From: Ophelia neglecta
Lineage: Eukaryota
Reading direction: 5' to 3'
Length of the DNA: 64,000 nt
Assembly: GCA_965285935.1 (NCBI GenBank)
Contig: OZ260662.1
Coordinates: 26,536,001 to 26,600,000 of the forward strand
Made by a program: the position numbers and the translations under genes. Below, one piece after another: positions 40,445-50,930 of this stretch. The notes beneath the pieces are model-generated. The model ran no database searches, was not told where the DNA came from, and saw only the letters and a list, made by a program, of their open reading frames with translations. The stretch's first letter is position 1, and every line of letters starts with the position of its first letter.

Positions 40445-41803
40445 GGCCCACCAATGAGACTCATGGTGGATCCCAGTGCCACACCAGTCACTCATCACAA
40501 GCCCCTCCCAGTCCCCCTACACTGGCGGGATGAGATCAAGGCAGGACTGGACCAGGATGTCAGACTGGGAGTGATCGAACCTGTACCCATTGGGGAGCCA
40601 GCCACCTGGTGTCACCACATGGTGGTATGTGCCAAGAAAAATGGCAAGCCACGCAGAACTGTTGACCTTCAGGCACTCAACCTCCATGCAACACGTGAGA
40701 CACACCATACTCAGTCTCCATTCCACCAGGCTAGGTCGGTACCACATCATACCAAAAAGACCGTGTTTGATGCATGGAACGGTTACCACAGTGTGCCAAT
40801 ACATGAGGATGATCACCACCTCACAACCTTCATCACCCCATGGGGCAGATACAGGTACCGTACTGCACCACAAGGCTACATTGCATCTGGTGATGGCTAC
40901 ACACGTCGCTATGATGAAATCATTGCCCATATTCCACAGAAAACTAAATGTGTCGATGACTCCTTGCTATGGTCAAACACTACAGAAGAGAGCTTCTGGC
41001 AGGCAGTCAACTGGCTTGATCTCTGTGGTCGGAACGGCATCACCTTCAATGTGGAGAAGTTTGTCTTTGCTGCAGACACTGTTGAATTTGCTGGCTTCGA
41101 GATCACCCTTGACAGTGTACGCCCCTGTAGCAGGTACCTTCAGGCTATCCTAGACTTCCCAACACCCAAGAACATCACAGATGTCCGTTCATGGTTTGGG
41201 TTGGTCAATCAAGTCTCTTATGCCTTCAGCATGGCAGGCAGAATGCTGCCTTTTCGACAGCTTCTCAAACCTGGCACACCATTCCATTGGTCTGAAGAAC
41301 TCGACAGTGCCTTCGAAGAGTCAAAGCACGCCATTGTGAGTGAGATTGAGGAAGGTGTTCAAATATATGACAAGCGCAGACCCACCTGCATTGCCACAGA
41401 TTGGGCCAAGACTGGCATCGGCTTCTGGTTGTTCCAGAAGCAATGCGATTGTCCAGGTACCAAACCATTTTGCTGTCGAGATGGCTGGAAAATAACACTT
41501 GTAGGCAACCGATTCACACATTCCGCGGAATCCCGCTATGCACCCATTGAGGGAGAAGCCCTTGCTGTTGCCTATGCTCTGGATAATGCTCGCTTCTTTG
41601 TCCTAGGCTGCAATGACCTCATCCTTGCAGTAGACCATAAGCCTTTGCTCAAGGTCTTTGGAAACCGTTCACTTGATGAGATAGCCAACACCCGCCTGAG
41701 AAACCTCAAGGAAAAAACCCTGCGCTATAAGTTTCGCATTGTGCACATCCCTGGCGCAAAACACAAAGCAGCAGATGCCGTGTCCAGACACCCAACAGGC
41801 TGA
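40445..41803 (+). pseudogene. pol: Reverse transcriptase + RNase H part of pol (same frame as gag-PR)
   Basis: RT motifs KKNGKPRRTVDLQALN, VFDAWNGYH, TTFITPWGRYRY..APQG, KCVDD (40949-40960), VEFAG. RNase H acidic residues in TDWAKTGIG, IEGEALAV, VDHKPL, ADAVSR. In frame with 38636 (offset 1818 nt to ATG 40454); ends at a frameshift near 41800. Confidence 0.95.
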
Positions 41804-42800
41804 GTTACCCGAGAAATTACATCTGGAGGATGACATTGCATCTGTCTGGGCTTCATTCGACCTGTTCCCCATGAATGAATTCCGCCACTCATTCTTGGGA
41901 GGGATTCGAGTAACAGACTGCACCAGTAACCCAAGCAATGTAGATGTTGAAGTCAGAGGCTCTGCTTTATCTGCCCTGGACTCGCTGCAGTCTGTAACCT
42001 GGGACCAAGTGCGATTGGGAACAGCAAGCGATGAAAAAATGAACCTGCTCCTGTCTATTATTGAAGCTGGTATGCCACAATTCCGCAACGAGCTCCCTGC
42101 ACCACTACGTGAATATCACCAGCTCAGGGAGCACCTGTACACGTCGGATGGAGTCATTCTTTATAAGGACCGTGTTGTCATCCCCCCGAGCCTTCGTGAA
42201 GCCATCCTGTCAGCACTCTATTCTGCTCACCAGGGGGTCACAGCGATGACAGCACGGGCAGAGTCCTCTGTCTTCTGGCCAGGCATCACCCCAGCTATCA
42301 ATTCGACCCGACTGAACTGTACCCACTGTAACCGTATGGCTCCCTCTCAGCCTAGTGCTCCACCAACCCCACCTGTCCTCCCAGCCTACCCATTTCAGTG
42401 CATATGTGCAGACTTTTTCACCTACAGAGGTGTCAACTACCTCGTGATGGTTGACAGATACTCCAATTGGCCTATCGTGGAGAGGACAACAGGTGGTGCC
42501 AAAGCCCTCGTTGACAGCCTGCGTCGTACCTTTGCCACATACGGCATACCTGATGAACTCGCCTCCGATGGTGGCCCTGAGTTCACTTCCACCCAGACTA
42601 GGCAGTTTCTCAAGGACTGGGGTGTGCACCATAGGCTCTCCTCTGTTGCTTTCCACCACAGTAACTGTCGTGCTGAGGTGGGCGTTAAGACAGTGAAGAG
42701 AATGATCACTGATAACACTGGACCCAATGGAGAGCTCGACACGGACGCTGTGCAACGTGCCATTCTCCAATATCGGAACACACCTGATCCCGATACAAAC
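41801..42800 (+). pseudogene. pol: Integrase (zinc-binding + DDE core), frameshifted and C-terminally deleted
   Basis: Within ORF 41739-42851: LYSAHQG...CTHC (HHCC with the first H as Y), [29 protein letters not shown]. Homology stops abruptly after YRNTPDPDT. Confidence 0.93.
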
Positions 42801-42801
42801 G

Positions 42802-43320
42802 GGAAAGTACATTCCTGTGCAACTGCCTATGCCTCGTCGCACCATTCATGAAGATATCCGACATTTACCAGTGAAGTTAGCACCTCCAGTACAACAGCGT
42901 CCCACTATACAGCAACCAGCCACGGCAGCAAGGAGGTTAGCAGTCCCTGGTCCAACTGAGCAGGTCTCCGAGCAGCCTCCTACCCAATATGGTAAAGCTT
43001 CAGGAGCTCTGCCCTACATCCAGGACACTCAACCCGCCCCTGAACATCTGCTTGATGTTCCAGAACCACCTGTGCCTCATGCTGGGGATGCCGAGCAACC
43101 TTACCACGCAGCTCCTCCTGCTGAGGGTGCTGGCCAGCCTGGCATTGGACAGGACAGCACTCCGCAGGCTCATACTCCACAGAGGATGCTAGCCCGACTC
43201 TTACCCCATAACAAACCCGGTCTGCGCGAGCCCCTGGGTCACTCTGAGCCCAACCATGATCCTGCTCCACCCACAGGCCCAGATGGACAACCCCTGCGTC
43301 GCTCCAGCCGGCATAAATAA
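42802..43320 (+). pseudogene. Pro/Gln/Ala-rich C-terminal tail of pol, out of frame after the deletion
   Basis: ORF 42727-43320 resumes [14 protein letters not shown]... and ends LARLLPHNKPGLRE...LRRSSRHK*, 143 bp before the 3' LTR. Confidence 0.7.
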
Positions 43321-43445
43321 CTTAGGCCTTGTAACCCATAAGTTTAATGACTGAACTCTTTTCAACAACTTTTATCAGTTTTATTCTGCTCTTTGCTTGT
43401 CCCTTTAGTTATATTGGTGTATAAGAACTTTCCCAGAAGAGCCTT

Positions 43446-43461
43446 AGAAAACTTGGGGGGG
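43446..43461 (+). promoter_or_regulatory. Polypurine tract
   Basis: agaaaacttggggggg, ending 2 nt (CA) before the 3' LTR. Confidence 0.85.
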
Positions 43462-43463
43462 CA

Positions 43464-43664
43464 TAGAGAATACTACAATTTTATACTATGTCTTGCTTGT
43501 AGTGACAATATGTGTTCCTCTTATACCTTTGCATGTAGTATTAGAGTAGATTGTTAGAATAGACTATCTGTTGTGCTTACATCTATTTCCTTTGTGTTAC
43601 AGATTGAGTGTGATCATTGTCTTTAATGGAAATAAAGCACAAAGAGTAGTCTAGTACTTATTTA
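43464..43664 (+). repeat. 3' LTR (201 bp, TA...TA)
   Basis: Direct repeat of 38354-38554; preceded by the PPT and followed by the TSD GAAAC. Confidence 0.97.
43631..43636 (+). terminator. Putative polyadenylation signal AATAAA in the 3' LTR (copy at 38521-38526)
   Basis: The only AATAAA in the LTR, 28 nt before the LTR end. Confidence 0.6.
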
Positions 43665-43669
43665 GAAAC
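43665..43669 (+). repeat. Right target-site duplication GAAAC
   Basis: Matches 38349-38353. Confidence 0.9.
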
Positions 43670-46600
43670 TCTACCAAAAAACTGTTTATAGCGTGACGGG
43701 TGGATTTTACAGGGAAATTCCCTTACCGTTACGAATTAATTTTTCATAATACTGTCCACTACCCTTCGTGCAGAGTACGGAGCTACGCACAATCCCCTAG
43801 CATACTGCCGAAAACTGTTTTGAGGAACTTCTCTTGACAAATTTGCATTTCCGGCGACCTTGATGACTTTGTAGTGACCCGGCATATTTTTTTTTCTCCG
43901 TTCCACATGCGCGATGACTGGTGTATCCACGAATCAGTGGAGGGTATCAAATGATTAAGACACATATCTCCTCATATCGCAAATGTCCGGGAGAAAATAT
44001 CTCGGAGAAAAAAGGGGCTTGGCTTAACATATACCCGGCAAAGGTACACATGTCATAATGAGTATGTTCGAACACTTTGTTATAGTTCCCTCTCAGTTAA
44101 GTGTAATATACTCCGAAGATGAAAGCTTCTATTTCCTATCGCTCCTAAGATACTATCTTAAAGTGTAATTGATCTGCTGCCACAAATGATTAAAATCAAG
44201 TTCTTAAAAGACATTCACGGTAATGATACCGTGCATGTTATACACGTCATATGTAATGGTTTACTTATTCGCCTTTAACTCGTGTTTAGGGGCATTTCCG
44301 ACCCTCGGGATGGGCCTTTTTGAATTGTCAGTGAACCGGGAATTTCAGGCTTAATTTTCGTGTTTTGGTTTTCATTTGTCAAAGACCAATTGAAAAAAAC
44401 ATACAATTTGACTGCTAACAATATCGCTGCTGCTTAGTTGTTGAGAAGTCCAGGGCCGAACTGCAAATATATTTACCGAGTCCTCCTCGGTCGGTAATGG
44501 CCCAACATAAATGTTGGCTGGGCATTAGCTCGAATACAGAGGAAAATTGGATGAAACGTTCAATATCATCTACTTGACCCGTCCCATTTATCTTGTTGGA
44601 ATGGTATGATGCATTGTTTGATATTGATTCTCTGACCAATGAACAGTTTGTTCATAACACTACCACTATACTTTTGCCATACTTAAGGGGTCATACAATG
44701 AAATTATCAGTTCCAGCCATTCGCTTTTTCCCCTCGTAGGATGACAAAGAATATTGCCTATATGTTTTTCAAGTGCTAGAATATAAAACGGAAGAGATGC
44801 AGGATGAAGCTGAGATACGGGTGACTGACGCTTTGAAGGCAACCAAATAAATGACATTAGATTGTATTGCACAATGGTACACGGAAGCTGTTGAGCATTA
44901 GTATCAAACACGAACCATTGCAAACAAAACTGATGCGTTCAGAAGTAGAAAAGGAGAATATACTCATTTGTGCGTCTATAATACAACAATAGTCAATAGG
45001 AATTTACTGCCCATAACACGAGGCAGCTGTGCCGGCAATGCTTTCATAAGTAAAGCAATCACCGTCTTTTTTTCTTGCGATACCAAAAGTGCTTTTACTC
45101 ACTCAATAGAATTGACAATTAGAAGCGCCCAAAACAATGGATAGGAGAGAGAGACACTATAACGCAATATTCACACGAACAAAGCTTATATATTCAGATC
45201 CTAAGTTGCAATCGATGGCTCTGCTATCCTTCGCTGTAGTACAGAGAAGCCAAGGACGACATCAATTAGAAAGCGGCATCCGAAAAATAACTTCAATCAA
45301 ACGTGTTTGATAATGTTGGTGGAACTGTTCACAATGGAGAAAGATAAATGATCTAATTAACCTAATTACTTTGATATCTCTCTTTTAGCCGGCGAAACCT
45401 TTTGCAGAAGTCCCTGAACTGTGTGATCTTATATGTAGTCTTTCTCATCTTCCTCAAAGTTTGTTTAAATGGGTTAGATTTTAGATATTGTGCAGGTGCC
45501 ATTAGCATTGAAGAAATAATACTTTTCGGGCATTGCGTTAAAATGTCACAATTTTTAAAATGTACTTGACTACACATAAGCTAATTTAAATTCAGGTATT
45601 ACTTCTGTGCGGAGATATCCTTGTGTGATTTCATTAAACACCAGGTTACAATATGTTCCGCAAACACTCAACATGGACATTTATTTATGTTTCTTAATAA
45701 AGAGAAAATCGGTTAGGTGGAGAGACAGCTTTTAACGAACATTGGTTAAGAAAACAATGCCATTTCCCTAACCTATCATATATTTTCTGTAAGGTACATG
45801 TTAACATCAGGTCTAAAGATTATCAGTCAATTTTCAAAATTTATGAAAGTCCACGAAATGCTATTACTTTGACCATTAAAATCTGATCTCGTTTCTGTAG
45901 CGATTCACAAGAACTTGTGACATCACTCACTGCAGTCACTACTTCAGGAAGATATTGGATCGTCATCTTTATTTTAGAAGTCCTATTCCTTTTTAGCGAG
46001 GTGGAAAGATTAGATATTGCAGGACTGATTTAGTTCTTATTCTTGATCAATAATTTGGCATTGGTTGTCGGGTATCCGCTTCGTGTAGTACACCAGACTG
46101 GGCGAGGAATAAAAAGATAGTTCACATGAATGCAGCGGAACTGATAACTCATCTACTGTGTAACGTTAAAGAATGTTTAATATGAAAGGGAACCAGGCGA
46201 TAGTTCATGATCATATTCAACATTAAATAAGTTACGTGTGAAAAGACCATTAGATTATACCTCTAACTCTAGGCGCCCGTGGCTCTTATTGATAATATCA
46301 AAGGAATTATCCGCGTGTATTTACTTTGATACAATGAGAGTCGCTCGCATTATTTAACCATCATACGAAGAACATACTGTTGGCTGCACAAAGACACATT
46401 CTGTTCTTGAAGTAGCAGTGTCGTAAAGCTCGAGATTTGGCACAGAATGTGCTTATAAAAGTTATCGATGTGCTGAATAAGCCGCCTTTTCTTTTTGCGC
46501 CACCTGCTCAGTCATATAAATTACTATCACAGTAGATGTAATAAACCTAGGCAGTTTAATTGTTTGTTCGGCGCGAGAGCCCTCTCTCTTCCATAAAATT

Positions 46601-47280
46601 TCAATGCGAAAATTTGTTTTCAGTTCATTTTTATTAGTGTCTTAAAAACCTAACACAACAACGTAGTACATACAGATTTAGAACAATTGACGTTTTTCCC
46701 CAGTCTCACTGAATATGCAGGTGCAATATAATCCTGGGACAGTACAAACTCGGCCATATATTTGAAAACAAACTAAGCTAAGAAACTTTATTTTAGCTAT
46801 AAAAACGGCAGTGTACACAAATAATCTAGAATAATCCATAAAATTAGCCGAATTCTTCAGGAATTAGGTCTTCTCCGAGACTGAAAATGATGCTTCATTG
46901 ATACATATTATGATATGTCCAATACTTCGGTCGATTTGACCTCCTTATCGGCTTTAACCGCAGACAGACGTTTGTCCGTGTTTATGTCTTACAAATCGTC
47001 ACATTAATGCCCAAATGGTCTGAGTGACATTTTCATACTTTTGAGATATCACGAAAAATTGGTTAAACATGCTAGTTTGGCACATTTGATCATGTTTTGC
47101 ACAGGTTTTTTTTTCATAAGAACATTCCTATTGAGATTAAAAGAACTATAAACAATATTATGCTAAGATTTATAGGTGATTTTGTTAGGCCATAATTGAA
47201 AATGAAATATGGCCTAAGTGACAGACTGTAAACCAAAGTTTCCTTAGTGTCAACATCCAAGAATGGCCCAAGCGATACTG

Positions 47281-47311
<31 letters not shown>

Positions 47312-50300
47312 TACTTTCTGGAGAGCTTACAAAATGGTAAATGTAATAGGGAACAAAACGAAATCAGGTAAATGAACATAAACTATAGCATACGTGGCAA
47401 AAGGGGTTATACATTCGAAATGAAATGAACAAAGTATACAAATAGTATTAATGGAGTATAAACATGTTATTGTAGGACCAGATTTCGACAGGGCGTATAT
47501 TTACTGCTGTCCAGGATTCCTTTTACTGTACATGGTATAAATACATTGCAGAATACTATGTCTTACATATGGCAAGTATGACTGTTGCATCGTGTGAAAA
47601 AAATGACCTAACTAACAAAATTAAAATGGCCATAAAGACATGGTAGTTAGGGCTTTTCAACTTCAAGTTTCAGGCAATGCTTAGAATGTTCCATACATTG
47701 TTGGGCGCTGTTGCTATTTTTTTGATGCACCACTTTTTTATTACATAAATACTCTCCTATTTAATTGGAAACACTGGCGTTCTAGTAGGTCAGTCAGAAG
47801 AAACAGACGTCTTCGGTCAATGTACGATCACTATGACCACCGGCTTAGGCATGCGAGCAGTATATGTCGAGACGTCCTCTCATACAGACATTGTAAATCT
47901 TTAGCAAATCCCCTGTGTTGTTTCTCTACTGATTCTAATAATATATCAGGTAGAAATTCCAGTTTAAGACCATAGAGTCTGGACGAGACCATCGATGACC
48001 AGTATATCTTGGATCCCATACCATGGCTGGACACATTCCTTCCCGGGACGACCCTAGTCAACACATGGCATTGAAATAATGTGTGTCCATTGCTGAGCGT
48101 TCATCAATTAATGCTTAGGGCAGTGTGGTTTAATTGATTCGCCCATATGCATTGCGCTCGGAATATTAGTGTTCAATAAGAACCAGGTGATTTGTTTTTT
48201 TTTATGAAAGCCATATGCTCTTTAGATATGCCATTGTTTGCTTTAGTCCACGGCCATGTATCAACAGTTTCTGCATACTGGTTTTATGTGTTGATGCCTA
48301 AACCCTGATTTTCAACCAACCGCAGCAGTTAGTTCATATTCCTGGTCAACATCGTCATCCTTAGCTTGTTTCCTTGGCGTAAATCTTGTCTTATTTGGAA
48401 TCAGTCACAGAGCCTGTTAGGTACATTTTATAATAAAATATGCAGGATGGCAATTACTTAAGCTGGCTAGCGGAAAAATAAAATCAACGTCAAATATTCT
48501 CATTTTGTTAGCAACTGTAGACGATATTCATATGTTTTATTTGTTCAAATTCGAGGAAACCTGTCTCACATCATATACCCAATAAATTCTAATAGTAATG
48601 GTGACTTGTCTTTGATAATAATTATCAGTGATTTAACATCCACGCGATAAAACGCTGCACTGTAGTTTTGAGTGATCTACTTCACCGTTCCCACGGCTAG
48701 GACCATGTTCATCTGCTTCATACTGGGATAACATCGTATGTAGCTGTATGCACTTGCTCGGTCATAATAAAAGAGTGGCTAGTTCACATCCTTTTCTTTT
48801 GTTGTGTTTATTGAGACAAAACCGTCTTCATTCTCATAATTATGGGCGTAGTCCTCCATGGACTCACCTGTGGCATATTTTAACTCTGTCCTAAGTTGAC
48901 CACTGACGCATTCGTTTTGCCCCCTGCCTCGCATCATGGAAAACAGTTGAATGGTTCTGATTGCAAGTGGTACCAATTTTATTTATTAGTAATTTGATTA
49001 CGAGTATATTTAACATTTTGGTGGTGGGTTTTGGGGCTTATGCACCAGCAGCTGGTTCCTTATGATTTTTAGAAAACGAAAACAATATTCCGAAAGTAAC
49101 TTGTATATAATCATATATTCTTCCTCACAATCAACCATTTGAACAATGTATTTCTTTATTTCTGGTATCTATTTCATAATAAAAATAACATATATGAATA
49201 TGTGCATATAAGTCAACAGGAGGAAGGTATGAGTCGTTGTAATAGTGATTAGCATACTGTGAATATTTAATAAAAATATAAGATGTGCTGGGCAGCACAT
49301 TCAGGCAAGCACCCATTGGATAGTAACAAGGCAACTTCTTACTTGTGCACTTGGATGTGTGACTGGAATTTGTACATTTTTATATCGTAGAAAACTGCTG
49401 ACTATTTCCCATTGCAAGGGATTTCTTTTAACTAAATTACTTTTACTATTATTTACTATTATTATCAGTTAAGGAGCTGGTGAGTGATGTTCGGGGGCCC
49501 GCACAATTAAGTGGAACATTCTGCTTTAATCCTTTAATTTGCTTTTGTCTTTATGGTATCCTCATCCCTTTAAGTAGTAGTAAAGATCACTTGACATGAC
49601 TCAGTGGTATAACCATACGGGGGGAGTAAGACAAATGTTGAAATATACATCATTCCTGATGTCTTGTTCTCCGAGTTTTTCAAGCCACATATAGCAATTC
49701 TTATTTGAACCACCAGAAAGATTAAATAACAGGCAAATGCTGGGAAATTGATGTTATTACAGACAACGTGGTGTAAACATCAGTTTCCTGTCACCGTTGT
49801 CCCTTTGGCATTAGAGTTGCGTATTTCCAAGTCGAATCTGGCTATCGCTTAACGTGTTAAGCTGTTTCGTGCATATTTATTGGAATTCCTTCCCAAGTTA
49901 TTATATGTTCTTGACCGTTATGACTAAGGTCATAAAAAGTCTCATTTTCTCCAATAGCAGCTAGAAATCCTTAAGGCTGTTTTTGGAAGTTTGATGAATA
50001 TGTTTATGTAGGGGACGCATAAACCGGGGCAAAAATTGGTACTGTGGTATTTTTTGTAGCAGGATTTATCTACCTAAAAATGGTACTTTCTAACTTTGGA
50101 ACCATACAGATAACAGATCTACTAGTTTCCCCGGGAGAGTAAAGTGCGACACGTTCGACCCGCTTCTCAGGCTAAGAACGCATAATGCGAATTTAATTTG
50201 ATTATTTCCTCACAAAACTCTTATGCCGCGCCATCCAAGAATGTGCCTGTCATGTGTGCATGCGATGAAAATTTATGTTAACAATTTACTCTATGTGGGC

Positions 50301-50783
50301 AAAGGGGATGGGGAGGCTTCCCGATATCGATTAAAGCCAGGGCAAGTATGATAGATAAATTATTGATCAATTCAGATGAGAATGTTCTTGCTATTAAATA
50401 ATCCCCATTCGGCTCTGTTAGGATAGCATTTGACCTCTTGTTAAGCACAAACATATATTTGTCAATGTAATCTATTATTTGTATTATTAACTAACGCTAT
50501 GCACATATAACTTTTGATTTGGTGGAGGCGTAAAGTGCTAAGATTGATTCACAGAATTGACAGTCAAGTTTATGTAACTTGAGATTTTGTATTATATAAT
50601 TAATCACGTGTATTCGGCGAGGGGCTAGATTATATGAACTAACGGCTGCTGTTGCTTAAAATCAGGATACAGGCATCAAAATAGTCACAGTTTGGTATAT
50701 CAACCCATCATATTCGGAAAATATTAGCGTTTGGCGCTGTCTTTGATTGAGTGAATCCTTAGAGTTCACTCTCTTGTTCACAG

Positions 50784-50930
50784 ACAGGACAACAGTGGCC
50801 AATAGGATGCTATTTATTGTATCGTCTTAAGAAAATGTCTGTGACTCGCCTGTCTCTGTCATTCACGGACCACTTATGTGGAACAACCATTTGTATTCTT
50901 GCACTGGGTGTGCACATAAGCATGGATGAC
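50784..50930 (+). repeat. Diverged direct repeat, partner at ~52534-52665
   Basis: acaggaca...aaatgtctgtgactcgcctgtctct...tgtgcacataa vs acaggaca...aaatgtctgtgtctcgcctgtctct...tgcgcacataa. Confidence 0.65.

Larger units (their letters stand above)
38354..43664 (+). mobile_element. Ty3/Gypsy (Mag-like) LTR retrotransposon, recent insertion, coding-defective
   Basis: Paired 201-bp LTRs (200/201 identical), 5-bp TSD, PPT and gag-PR-RT-RH-IN domain order (Gypsy order). The double Cys/His knuckle C..CG...H...C.A....C..CG...H....C is typical of Mag-like gag; the clade assignment is by motif only. Confidence 0.97.

Noticed and set aside
47830-48110. Possible decayed LINE endonuclease or exon-like segment (similar cases at 11880-12110, 22380-22620, 26600-27300)
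   Set aside because: Coding-like texture but no motif I can name with confidence.
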